IMG/VR virus record: IMGVR_UViG_3300027852_000165
Coordinates: 1-24,333 of that record
Direction: 5' to 3' (one strand)
DNA: 24,333 nt
DNA from: a virus
Taxonomy: Duplodnaviria > Caudoviricetes
A model generated the notes under the pieces. The model had not been told where the DNA came from and did no database searches. It worked only from the letters and a program-made list of their open reading frames with translations. A program made the position numbers and the translations under genes. Of the stretch, positions 1-8,148 are shown piece after piece (within the stretch, counting starts at the first letter, position 1; each line of letters starts with the position of its first letter).

Positions 1-312
1 TGTTTTTTCTATTTTGATTTTTTTATCATCTGCACCACTGAGATATGCACCCCTGAGATATGCACCCCTGAGATCTGCACCCCTGAGATCTGCACCCCTG
101 AGATATGCACCATCAAGATATGCACCACTGAGATCTGCACCACTGAGATATGCACCCCTGAGATCTGCACCCCTGAGATCTGCACCCATGAGATATGCAC
201 CACTGATATATGCACCACTGTCAACAGCCTTCTGAACACAGATTTTTAACGATCCGCATTCTAATTCAAAAAGAACTGATCCGGTAATGCGATGTTTGAT
301 TTCAAATTTCAT
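1..312 (-). CDS. Pentapeptide-repeat protein (5' part; runs off the left edge of the window)
   Basis: Not in the ORF track. Minus-strand ATG at 312 preceded by AAGGAG; translates [73 protein letters not shown]..., i.e. A(D/Y)LxG pentapeptide repeats; no stop before base 1. Confidence 0.9.
   Translation of the reverse strand, partial: MKFEIKHRITGSVLFELECGSLKICVQKAVDSGAYISGAYLMGADLRGADLRGAYLSGADLSGAYLDGAYLRGADLRGADLRGAYLRGAYLSGADDKKIKIEKT
28..220. repeat. ~13 tandem copies of a 15-bp unit (TGCACC(C/A)CTGAGAT(A/C)) encoding the pentapeptide repeats
   Basis: Directly visible period-15 repeat with no spacers. Confidence 0.95.
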
Positions 313-333
313 TCTTTCTCCTTTTCGGGCGTT

Positions 334-360
334 GAACCTCGTCCCAGAGTTTCAAACGCC
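334..360. repeat. 27-bp direct repeat, copy 1 (GAACCTCGTCCCAGAGTTTCAAACGCC), inside a hairpin spanning 327-361
   Basis: Identical to 755-781; flanked by GGGCGTT...AACGCCC inverted ends. Confidence 0.9.
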
Positions 361-377
361 CTTCCTATAATTATTGG

Positions 378-617
378 TTATCCCCTATCCAGTTCCGTCT
401 TACCCTTTGCCACGTTGCCTTTGGCGATCTGGCTTGTCGGTGTAATGCAGCTTTTTTCAATTTTCTTAATAAGACTTGCAATACTTATCCTGTTTGATTT
501 CGCTATCTTTTTTAATACACGCATTGTAGGATTTGCTTTACCTGACATTATCTTACTCAAGTGACCCTGTGTTATTCCTGCTTCTGCCGCGATTTGTATT
601 TGTGTTTTATTCTTCAT
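378..617 (-). CDS. XRE/Cro-family helix-turn-helix regulator, probably leaderless
   Basis: TQIQIAAEAGITQGHLSKIMSGKANPTMRVLKKIA matches the HTH_3 pattern; ATG at 617 lies 7 nt after a -10 box. Confidence 0.85.
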   Translation of the reverse strand: MKNKTQIQIAAEAGITQGHLSKIMSGKANPTMRVLKKIAKSNRISIASLIKKIEKSCITPTSQIAKGNVAKGKTELDRG

Positions 618-624
618 GATATGC

Positions 625-653
625 ATAATATGAATATTTTATACCTAAGTCAA
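625..653 (-). promoter_or_regulatory. Leftward sigma70-like promoter
   Basis: Minus strand TTGACT (653-648), 17-bp spacer, TATTAT (630-625). Confidence 0.7.
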
Positions 654-718
654 GCAGTTTTTATTTTATTTTTGATGAGTATAAAAAAGGTAGATGGATA
701 ACTCTAATAAAAAAACAT

Positions 719-747
719 TTGACATCCAAACAATAACCTGAGACAAT
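719..747 (+). promoter_or_regulatory. Rightward sigma70-like promoter with extended -10
   Basis: TTGACA (719-724), 17-bp spacer, TG-n-GACAAT (739-747); A-rich upstream tract. Confidence 0.65.
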
Positions 748-754
748 AATAGCC

Positions 755-781
755 GAACCTCGTCCCAGAGTTTCAAACGCC
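755..781. repeat. 27-bp direct repeat, copy 2
   Basis: Identical to 334-360; starts at about the predicted +1 of the rightward promoter. Confidence 0.9.
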
Positions 782-804
782 ATTCCCTGACAAGGGGAGG
801 CAGT

Positions 805-987
805 ATGAAAAACAATTTAAAACAGAAACAGGTCAAATCTACACCTGTTTTCTGCGTTCAGACCAATTCAACTAAAAAAATTACAGTGAAACCCGTAACA
901 GGTTTAAAGATATTTGAATTTTTTGATATCTCCAAGCCAGTTTTTTATTTGTGCAATGGTCAGCCTATCGGGTTTATAAACCCTTGA
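805..987 (+). CDS. Small hypothetical (leader) protein
   Basis: GGAGG at 796-800 before ATG; 60 aa; no recognised motif. Confidence 0.45.
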   Translation: MKNNLKQKQVKSTPVFCVQTNSTKKITVKPVTGLKIFEFFDISKPVFYLCNGQPIGFINP

Positions 988-1109
988 TTACCAGTAATGA
1001 ATTTAAAAGATATATCTCCATGAGCAAGCGTTCGGTGCAAGGATATAAACCTTAATAAAGGGAGACCAAAAAATGCAAACAACAATTAATGAAAATATCA
1101 ACGTAGATT

Positions 1110-1643
1110 ATGGAAAAAGAAATAGAATATAAATTAAAGCTATTATTCCACACTAATAGCCTGAAAACATTAAAGCCAAGCGATGAAATACTAGTACACT
1201 CAGGGTTTTATCATACTTGTGGCTATCATAAAATCCATATGATAACAGGCGATTATATTTATTTAAAAGATCTTGCTGGTGACATTACCAGGTTTTCAAT
1301 TTTTGATGGTACGATCGTGAAAATAAATGAAAAAATATTGAATAGAACATATGTTATGGAAAACTATTCAATTGCTTTAAATACATTTAGCTACACAATT
1401 AAATTACCGATATTTGAAATAAAGTATCAGAAGAAAAAGACGGAAAAAGACATCCCTAAAAATGATCTTTGCTACAGCATAGAAGAGGAAACAGTGTGCC
1501 CACATTTATCAAAAAATGTAAATGGGTATTTTAAATGTGGATTGATTAAAGAGACATTTTATAAAGGTGTTGGTGATGACGTGAATTCAAGGGTTTGCAG
1601 GACTGATTGGGGAAAAAATAAGATTAAAAATTCAACAATATGA
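1110..1643 (+). CDS. Hypothetical protein (true start may be 1073 via a frameshift)
   Basis: 177-aa ORF; the RBS (AAGGGAG) precedes the ATG at 1073, which is in another frame. Confidence 0.6.
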   Translation: MEKEIEYKLKLLFHTNSLKTLKPSDEILVHSGFYHTCGYHKIHMITGDYIYLKDLAGDITRFSIFDGTIVKINEKILNRTYVMENYSIALNTFSYTIKLPIFEIKYQKKKTEKDIPKNDLCYSIEEETVCPHLSKNVNGYFKCGLIKETFYKGVGDDVNSRVCRTDWGKNKIKNSTI

Positions 1644-1675
1644 TGTAAACTCTTTAATGAGAAAAAGGGGGAAAT

Positions 1676-2041
1676 ATGAAAGTAAATGCCTCAAAAGAAA
1701 TACAAAATAATGAATCTCTTGCTGGCTGGATCATTCTTCATGGATTAACAGAAGCTTTGCCAAATAGAGATGATTTTGATCAAGTTGCAGAGAAAGGTAG
1801 GGGTGTTGATGATCAAATTCGATTAGACATTAAACTCAATATTGGTGGGATTGATATTGATTTCCTTGCACTTTGTAAAGATTGGCAAAACCAAGTTGAA
1901 TCAATGATTCAAAAAGAAGCAGAAATTCTTATTGCCAATAAATTTTCTGATATCACAGATATTATGTATGACCTTGAAGAAAGACTTAAACCAGAAATAA
2001 AAAAGCGACTTGAAGGCTGGGAATCTGATTCAACTCTTTAA
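1676..2041 (+). CDS. Hypothetical phage protein
   Basis: 121-aa ORF with AAGGGGG RBS. Confidence 0.75.
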   Translation: MKVNASKEIQNNESLAGWIILHGLTEALPNRDDFDQVAEKGRGVDDQIRLDIKLNIGGIDIDFLALCKDWQNQVESMIQKEAEILIANKFSDITDIMYDLEERLKPEIKKRLEGWESDSTL

Positions 2042-2058
2042 CATATCAAGGTGAATGA

Positions 2059-2481
2059 ATGAAAACTTGGAAATTCAGAGCATACGATAAAAAAGAAAAG
2101 AAAATGATTACCGATTTTCTTAATTATGCCGGTTGGGAAGGGCAAAAAATGATCAACCCTTGGCATGACAAAAGATATATTATTCAACAGTACACCGGAT
2201 TAAAAGACAAGATGGGTCGAGAAATTTGTCAAGATGATGTTTTAGAATGTAAACGCCTTGATTCTACTGAAATAGAGATTGTCGCTGTCAAAAGAAACCC
2301 AGGACAATTCGCCGTTTATGATCCTAATTGCTGTGATCGATGTAAGTCTGATGATGGTTGCACTGCTTATCTTTCCGACTGGGTATATTTCCCCAAAACA
2401 TGGGAAATTTCAATCATTGGAAATATGTATGAAAATCCGGAATTGATTGTGCAGTGTGGATATGAACGGGAATCTTTATAA
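2059..2481 (+). CDS. YopX-family protein
   Basis: KFRAYDK N-terminus, QYTGLKDKxG, C-terminal IIGNMYENPEL. Confidence 0.9.
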   Translation: MKTWKFRAYDKKEKKMITDFLNYAGWEGQKMINPWHDKRYIIQQYTGLKDKMGREICQDDVLECKRLDSTEIEIVAVKRNPGQFAVYDPNCCDRCKSDDGCTAYLSDWVYFPKTWEISIIGNMYENPELIVQCGYERESL

Positions 2482-2505
2482 TACATAACCCCCAATAGGT
2501 GAAAA

Positions 2506-3057
2506 ATGCAAAACATAACGCATAAAGAAGTAAAAGAACTATTAGATTACAATCCAGAAACCGGAATTTTAACCTGGAAAAATAACAGGCGTAAAGTCTC
2601 AGCAGGAATGCCAGCGGGGACTATAAATCTACCACAAGGATATCTTAAAACCATTATCAATTACAAGCAAGAGTATAACCATAGGCTTATTTGGTTACTT
2701 AATTACGGATATCTTCCTGAGCATGACATTGACCATATTAATAGGAACAGACAAGATAATAGGATAAAAAATCTTCGGGCAGTTTCTCATGCTTGTAATA
2801 TGAGGAATAGGGGTAATCCAAAAAATAACACATCTGGCGTGAAGGGAGTTTATTTTTCAAAGAGTAATAATAAATGGGTTGCAAGAATTGCCCATGATAG
2901 GAGAGTTTACTGTCTTGGAAATTATAAACTAAAAGATAACGCTATTTGTGCAAGGTTGGCAGGGGAACAGTGCCTTGATTGGATGGGTTGTAATGCGACC
3001 AGTCCGGCGTATAAATATGTCAAAAAGCACATACAATCCCCACCGGATAAGGAATAG
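2506..3057 (+). CDS. HNH endonuclease with AP2-like DNA-binding domain
   Basis: LDYNPETG..W, HRLIW, IDHINRNRQDNRIKNLR, NTSGVKGV..KWVARI. Confidence 0.9.
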   Translation: MQNITHKEVKELLDYNPETGILTWKNNRRKVSAGMPAGTINLPQGYLKTIINYKQEYNHRLIWLLNYGYLPEHDIDHINRNRQDNRIKNLRAVSHACNMRNRGNPKNNTSGVKGVYFSKSNNKWVARIAHDRRVYCLGNYKLKDNAICARLAGEQCLDWMGCNATSPAYKYVKKHIQSPPDKE

Positions 3058-3060
3058 ATC

Positions 3061-3252
3061 ATGCCTGAATTACGCAAATACAATAGAACAATTGAAGATT
3101 GGAACCGGATAACACTATTTCAAGTCCTGCCCTGTCTCAACATCGGTGAAATCGTTTCATTGATGGACGGGTCACGGAAAATCAACTTTGCAATCGGTTG
3201 GCTTTGCTGGATTCTTGAGTGGTCGTTTCAGATTAAAAAAGGGGAGATGTAA
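3061..3252 (+). CDS. Hypothetical small protein
   Basis: AAGGAA RBS; tightly packed in the operon. Confidence 0.6.
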   Translation: MPELRKYNRTIEDWNRITLFQVLPCLNIGEIVSLMDGSRKINFAIGWLCWILEWSFQIKKGEM

Positions 3253-3383
3253 TGCTCTCAATAGAAATCAATTTGTTCTCAGCATGGCAAATGATAGCCG
3301 GTATCGAGAAGGGAAAAGGATGGGCTACCGCTTACGCTTTCTTTGGGCCGGTTAAAATCGAACTATTTATTTTTAAGGGATAG
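3252..3383 (+). CDS. Hypothetical 43-aa protein (MLSIEINLFSAWQ...)
   Basis: Read manually; TAATG overlap with the previous gene and GGGGAG RBS. Confidence 0.5.
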   Translation: MLSIEINLFSAWQMIAGIEKGKGWATAYAFFGPVKIELFIFKG

Positions 3384-3500
3384 ATCATGCCTTCTAACCG
3401 CTGCGGTAAGCCAGCCGAACCCACGGACGTTTCTGGAACAATATGGGTCATAGATAGAGTGCTTGGCAAGTTAGAGGGCATACAAATTAAGGGATAAATC

Positions 3501-4112
3501 ATGAAAAAAATTAAGGGATATAAGGCTTTCAATAAAGATATGACTTGTAATGGATTCCAGTATAAAGAGGGCGAAACCTACGAAGAAAAAGAAGCTGTTT
3601 TGTGTGAAAAGGGTTTTCATTTTTGTACTGACCCGTTTGATGTTTTGAATTATTACGGATTATATGAAAGTGAATTTCACGAAGTTGAAGCTCTTGCAGA
3701 AACTAAATCAGATAGTAACAGCGACTCAAAACACGTTACGACAAAAATAAAGATCGGCGTTAAAATTAGTTTCTGTAATTTCATAAAAACTACAGTTGAC
3801 TCTGTAATAAATATCTGTAAAACAAAATTCGAAAAAGGTTCGAAAGAAGACCATGCCAAGATCGGTTCTTCCGGTGACTCTGCCAAGATCGAAGTTGGTG
3901 GTGAATACAGTGTGGCGGCAGCAACCGGTATTGAGTCAAGAATTAAAGCAAAAAAGGGTAATTGGATCACCTTGGCTGAATGGGAATTGGATAAGAATAA
4001 AAAAAGATATGTCCCTCTGTGTGTAAAATCAGCTCAAATTGACGGAGAAAAATTGAAAGAAGATGTCTGGTATCAGCTAAAAGACGGTAAAATTGTTGAT
4101 TACATATCATGA
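3501..4112 (+). CDS. Conserved phage protein (YKxFxxDxxCxGFQY / CxxGFHxC family; DUF7666-like)
   Basis: GYKAFNKDMTCNGFQY, LCEKGFHFC, a single AKIGSSGDSAKI repeat, C-terminal DGEKLKEDVWYQLKDG. Confidence 0.8.
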   Translation: MKKIKGYKAFNKDMTCNGFQYKEGETYEEKEAVLCEKGFHFCTDPFDVLNYYGLYESEFHEVEALAETKSDSNSDSKHVTTKIKIGVKISFCNFIKTTVDSVINICKTKFEKGSKEDHAKIGSSGDSAKIEVGGEYSVAAATGIESRIKAKKGNWITLAEWELDKNKKRYVPLCVKSAQIDGEKLKEDVWYQLKDGKIVDYIS

Positions 4113-4163
4113 TGTATTTTCAAATCCCTGGGTATGGGTTGTTGAATTTGAAAGGACTAAAAA

Positions 4164-4334
4164 ATGAAAAAACCCCGCTGTCACATATGTGATTCTACAG
4201 GTATAAGAAATACAAAATATGATGCCTACTACTGTTCTGATTGCAACGTATGGATCGAATCGAAGTGCAGTGATCCAGAGTGTGAATTTTGCAAGGACAG
4301 GCCGAAAAAACCCATTACAGAGTACCCCAAATAA
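4164..4334 (+). CDS. Small Cys-rich, probably Zn-binding protein (56 aa)
   Basis: Read manually: MKKPRCHIC...YDAYYCSDCNVWIESKCSDPECEFCKDRP; AAAGGA RBS. Confidence 0.7.
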   Translation: MKKPRCHICDSTGIRNTKYDAYYCSDCNVWIESKCSDPECEFCKDRPKKPITEYPK

Positions 4335-4342
4335 GGTTGAAT

Positions 4343-4774
4343 ATGAAACGCAAAGTGTTAAATAAAGATGTCAGGCGCAAAATTTTGAGAAAATACAAGT
4401 CTCACTGCGCGTATTGCGGTTGTATACTTGAGCTAAAAGATATGCAAATTGACCATATTATCCCATATTCACGGAAAAGTGATATTGAAATAGGCAGATG
4501 TTACGATAATAATTGGGTTAAAATCGATTACAAAGTTGATGATTATGAAAATCTTAACCCTTCGTGTCGTTCCTGCAATAAATGGAAAGGTGTGTGGAGC
4601 GTTGAGGAATTCAGGGGCGAAATTCAATCGCAAATATCACGCCTAACTCAAAAGTCGGCTGGATTTAGAATCGCTATAAGATATGAGCTAATAGAACCAA
4701 CTCACAAAAAAGTTGAATTTTATTTTGAAACGCTCATCCGATCAGGAATAACCAATAGAAAGGATAAGATATGA
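4343..4774 (+). CDS. HNH endonuclease
   Basis: HCAYCG, IDHIIP, NLNPSCRSCNKWK; ATG at 4343 preferred to the track's TTG at 4289. Confidence 0.9.
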   Translation: MKRKVLNKDVRRKILRKYKSHCAYCGCILELKDMQIDHIIPYSRKSDIEIGRCYDNNWVKIDYKVDDYENLNPSCRSCNKWKGVWSVEEFRGEIQSQISRLTQKSAGFRIAIRYELIEPTHKKVEFYFETLIRSGITNRKDKI

Positions 4775-4928
4775 GAGAAAGGTTTTTCAAGAAGAATCAG
4801 GAGCATGGTGCATTAAGGTGCCAGTTCAAGGCGATTCTGACCGCCTTGGGTTGTCGCTGCTATTAATTGGATTCACAACATCAATCATTGGCAACATTCA
4901 CGAAAACCCAGAACTTTTGGAAGGATAG
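4771..4928 (+). pseudogene. YopX remnant with internal deletion/frameshift
   Basis: Starts MRE after the same leader as the stub at 6580; another frame reads ...GAWCIKV...SIIGNIHENPELLEG*, the YopX C-terminal signature. Confidence 0.75.
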
Positions 4929-4931
4929 GAT

Positions 4932-5198
4932 ATGAAAAAATACAGCACAAGATCAGTGAATATCGAAGCGGCAGAATGGACAGGAAAGACGTTGGCAGAT
5001 GCAATCTCATTTTGTGCAGCCAATAATATGCCAGAGTTTAAAGTTGGAAGTCTAAAAGGAATGACCGGGTTAATCATCCCGACTCTTGAGGGTGATCATG
5101 TGGCCCAAAGAGGGGATTTTATCATCAAGGGGTTGGCTGGTGAATATTACCCATGCAAGCCTGATATTTTCCACATGAAATATGAATCTATCGGATAA
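4932..5198 (+). CDS. Conserved small phage protein (TLEG...GDxIIKGxxGExYPCKPDIF family)
   Basis: IPTLEGDHVAQRGDFIIKGLAGEYYPCKPDIF motif. Confidence 0.85.
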   Translation: MKKYSTRSVNIEAAEWTGKTLADAISFCAANNMPEFKVGSLKGMTGLIIPTLEGDHVAQRGDFIIKGLAGEYYPCKPDIFHMKYESIG

Positions 5199-5240
5199 CT
5201 ATACCACCGAAAAACTTGATTATGAAAAGGAGCGCTAAAC

Positions 5241-5582
5241 ATGGAAAATTTAAAATGTTACGATTGCGGAAAGGTTGCGGATGATGTTTTGCAGGCCCCG
5301 GCATATTGGACTACATGGGGGCGTAATTGTTTTGATTTTAATTGGGAGAAACACACTAATGATACTCCCCAACTTTGTGCTGAATGCGAAGAATACAGCG
5401 AAAAATGGGTTGTGTGCGCTTTTTGTAATGCATTAATTCCGAAAGATGATGAAGGGAAAGGTTATTTGCCGTCCGGTAATTGTGAAGATTATTTATGTCC
5501 TGAGTGTGCCGAAAAAAAAGGGTTTGAAATTACAGTTGGGGTGAGTTCTTCACCCCATAGTTCAATGAACGAAAGGACGTGA
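5241..5582 (+). CDS. Cys-rich hypothetical protein (four CxxC)
   Basis: CYDC, CAEC, CAFC, CPEC; AAGGAG RBS. Confidence 0.75.
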   Translation: MENLKCYDCGKVADDVLQAPAYWTTWGRNCFDFNWEKHTNDTPQLCAECEEYSEKWVVCAFCNALIPKDDEGKGYLPSGNCEDYLCPECAEKKGFEITVGVSSSPHSSMNERT

Positions 5583-5585
5583 AAC

Positions 5586-5756
5586 ATGGATGTCAAAACA
5601 TTGCAAGACTTGCGAGACAAAATGATCAAGAACCGTCCACTAGAACCAAAAAAATGGAATGGCGGCCTGTTCGGTGACAGTTTATATGCAGGTTGTATGA
5701 AAGCCGAATTCTTTATCCAAAATTTAATTATGGAAAAACTCGACTTAGATAAATGA
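5586..5756 (+). CDS. Hypothetical 56-aa protein (MDVKTLQDLRDKMIK...)
   Basis: Read manually; AAAGGA RBS; fills the gap between genes. Confidence 0.6.
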   Translation: MDVKTLQDLRDKMIKNRPLEPKKWNGGLFGDSLYAGCMKAEFFIQNLIMEKLDLDK

Positions 5757-5779
5757 TGTAAACTCTTGAAGGAGAAAAA

Positions 5780-5986
5780 ATGCAAAATCTAAACGATGGA
5801 GAATTATTTCAATTACTTAAATATGTGAACAATGAAGGTGCAAAGAATAAACGAATTGTGGGATTTAATTCTGGTATGAGCCAATCCGCAGGGGATGGTT
5901 TTTGGGATGATTTCATTTTTATTTTTGACGATGGACCCACATTGCCTGGTGACGATCCATGGCCTGATACAAGAATATCTATCTAA
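5780..5986 (+). CDS. Hypothetical protein
   Basis: AAGGAG RBS; 68 aa. Confidence 0.65.
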   Translation: MQNLNDGELFQLLKYVNNEGAKNKRIVGFNSGMSQSAGDGFWDDFIFIFDDGPTLPGDDPWPDTRISI

Positions 5987-6062
5987 AATTATTAATGGAT
6001 ATAACATAACAGGCTGATTTAACAGCGACTTGATACAATATATAAACTAATTTGGAGGATAT

Positions 6063-6361
6063 ATGCCAGACCCAAATCAAATTGACCCATCGTGGAAGAA
6101 AATAAACGCTAAAGATTTTATGCGAAAAGGTGAGTACAAAGAAGAACAAACAACTTTAGTTATCCTGGTGGATTCAATGCTGACAGTAGCCAACAAGATT
6201 ATTCAAAAGAAATAGAAGCGTTGGAAAACCGGATTGAATCATTGGAAAATTACATCAGATCTATCTTTGATGGTCATGTGTTGATTGATGGTCAATTCGT
6301 GAAAATCTCAGCGCTATTTGCAATATATAAGGTTGATTATGAGCCGGACCCAAAAAGATAA
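6063..6361 (+). pseudogene. Possibly frameshifted hypothetical gene
   Basis: GGAGG RBS and ATG at 6063 (stops at 6215); a second frame is open 6134-6361 with coiled-coil-like IEALENRIESLENYI but has no ATG. Confidence 0.4.
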
Positions 6362-6563
6362 AATAAGAGCCTTGATAAAAATAGACCGTTGGACAAATGA
6401 TAAATGGTCAAGTTGGAAATACAATTGGGGTTTTTATGGTCAGATTCCTTCATGGTGGAAACGGTTACGAAGGCGAATGAGGCGTGCAAAAGAAAAAGAT
6501 GCCTTGAGAACTGGAAAACAAATACCACGCTTTAAAAAATCTGACGATTGGGATTGGTTTTAA
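6339..6563 (+). CDS. Basic Trp-rich hypothetical phage protein
   Basis: MSRTQK...PSWWKRLRRRMRR...DWDWF; ATG at 6339 preferred. Confidence 0.7.
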   Translation: MSRTQKDKIRALIKIDRWTNDKWSSWKYNWGFYGQIPSWWKRLRRRMRRAKEKDALRTGKQIPRFKKSDDWDWF

Positions 6564-6579
6564 CCAGAAAGGATAAGAT

Positions 6580-6618
6580 ATGAGAGAAATAAAATTCAGG
6601 GCATGGGAAAGGACGTGA
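6580..6618 (+). pseudogene. YopX 5' stub (MREIKFRAWERT*)
   Basis: MREIKFRAW is the canonical YopX N-terminus, truncated after 12 codons. Confidence 0.75.
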
Positions 6619-6621
6619 AGT

Positions 6622-6831
6622 ATGGCAGATTTAGACAAATTTAGTTATCACGAAGCATTGGACAGGGCGCACGTTGCCAATGATCATTTTCATGAATACG
6701 TGGAAAGCCATGTGGTTGTTCAGCATCATAAAGAATTAAAAAACCTGGCAGAAGAAGTTACAGCCAAAATGTACAATTTCTATAATATGGTTGCCAGCTA
6801 CATTGATAAATCAGATGATTCCGGTCTTTAA
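6622..6831 (+). CDS. Hypothetical His-rich helical protein
   Basis: 69 aa; YHEALDRAH motif; AAAGGA RBS. Confidence 0.7.
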   Translation: MADLDKFSYHEALDRAHVANDHFHEYVESHVVVQHHKELKNLAEEVTAKMYNFYNMVASYIDKSDDSGL

Positions 6832-6921
6832 CATAAAATCATGTTACCGAAACAGATTTCGGGAACATGCTAAAAACACAGTAAAATCAGATATTTGATA
6901 CAATATAAAAGGTGGAATGAA

Positions 6922-7197
6922 ATGAAAAGAATACAGTGCCATACAAATTTAGATTTATTCAATGAAGAATGGCCGAATTAATTGCCTGAGATACCAAGAG
7001 AAGGTGATGAAATCGAATCCATGACAAAGCATGGTGATTTCCGCTTATCACTTAGAGTATCAACCGTTAGATGGGTTTATACTCACACTGGATATTTACC
7101 AAAAGTCGAATTGCACGATAGAATGAGTCGGTCAATCATTGGTTTTTATGAGTGGTATGCTCCGCTGGTTGGCAAGAGTGTATCAGCGTTTATTTGA
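6922..7197 (+). pseudogene. Hypothetical gene with in-frame premature TAA at 6979-6981
   Basis: ATG at 6922 with AAGGTGG RBS is in frame with track ORF 6982-7197: MKRIQCHTNLDLFNEEWPN*LPEIPREGD. Confidence 0.65.
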
Positions 7198-7235
7198 TTA
7201 ACGATTATGATGTACCAAGCTGAACAGGAGGGATA

Positions 7236-7649
7236 ATGGAACCAATCTACACAATGGAATGCGGATGCAAATTAAAAATAAACGAAAGGAAACAATTTGG
7301 CACCGTCGATATTCCAAAAGAGATCCGGTTTAAGATGCTTTGCCCGATTCATAAAAAAAGAACCGTAAAAATAACGGCTGTATGTAAGTGCGGTAAGCTG
7401 CTTATAAAATATATTGGGCTAAACGATATGGCTGTAGCAAAACTTAAATGCAAAGAATGCATTGATAATGATTTAAAAATCAGACGTTCAAAAATAAAAA
7501 GAAGCTCTTTCGTAAAAGACAAAAATAAAACACAAATATTTCTAACAGGTGAAAACCCATATAATTGCAGTATGTTCGAAATGTGTGGGGAGTGTATTAG
7601 ACCTGCATTTTCTTGTAATATGTATCGTGTAAATCAGGATGTGGCTTGA
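7236..7649 (+). CDS. Cys-rich basic hypothetical protein
   Basis: AGGAGG RBS; multiple CxC/CxxC. Confidence 0.75.
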   Translation: MEPIYTMECGCKLKINERKQFGTVDIPKEIRFKMLCPIHKKRTVKITAVCKCGKLLIKYIGLNDMAVAKLKCKECIDNDLKIRRSKIKRSSFVKDKNKTQIFLTGENPYNCSMFEMCGECIRPAFSCNMYRVNQDVA

Positions 7650-7782
7650 TGAGTTATCGGCATGGCAATAAGCCAGCATAGCCTGGCATTACAGACAACA
7701 ATATATAAGGTTGAACTGAATAAGCTTTTTAATAAACGAATGATATTCGGAGTTAATTGAAAAAATCAGAACAAAAGGAGGT

Positions 7783-8031
7783 TTGCCAGTGTTTAAAATT
7801 GAAAAGAATATTCCAATCCCATTATCAACACGTGAACATAAATATCCATTTGATGATATGGAAATCGGCGATTCATTTTTGGCCCACTGGAAAACTAAAA
7901 ACCTAACCAAAAAAGAAAAAAATAATATGGTTACGTCTATAAAGGGAGCGAGTAGAGCGGTTAGGCTTAAAGGTAAAAAATTTTGCACAAGATGTAACGG
8001 CAAAGGTGTTCGGTGTTGGAGAACAAAATAA
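7783..8031 (+). CDS. Conserved small basic phage protein (KYPFxxMxxGDSF...GVRxWR family)
   Basis: AAGGAGG RBS with TTG start; IEKNIPIP, KYPFDDMEIGDSF, GVRCWRT. Confidence 0.8.
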   Translation: MPVFKIEKNIPIPLSTREHKYPFDDMEIGDSFLAHWKTKNLTKKEKNNMVTSIKGASRAVRLKGKKFCTRCNGKGVRCWRTK

Positions 8032-8034
8032 ATT

Positions 8035-8118
8035 ATGCTGGAATTTAACAGAATATATCACGGTGATTGCCTGGAAGTTATGGATAGTATCCAGGATGAG
8101 TCTATTGATATGATATAA
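8035..8118 (+). pseudogene. 5' stub of a beta-class N6A/N4C DNA methyltransferase
   Basis: MLEFNRIYHGDCLEVMDSIQDESIDMI*; matches the GDCLE..SID N-terminus and stops just before the expected DPPY motif. Confidence 0.8.
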
Positions 8119-8148
8119 ATAGTTGAATGACAGAAAGGGCGTGGAACA

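Noticed and set aside
9-239. Track ORFs 9-239 (-) and 14-235 (+), and the 15-bp repeat as a CRISPR array
   Set aside because: These are alternative-frame shadows of the pentapeptide gene starting at 312; the repeats are contiguous with no spacers.
292-564. 90-aa hydrophobic + strand ORF
   Set aside because: Antisense to the clear XRE-HTH gene.
4932-5198. Named anti-defence (nucleotide sponge) protein
   Set aside because: The family is recognisable as common in phages, but I cannot match it reliably to a characterised protein without a search.
6979-6981. Stop-codon reassignment
   Set aside because: Single case; TAA, TAG and TGA all end genes normally and long genes are intact in code 11.
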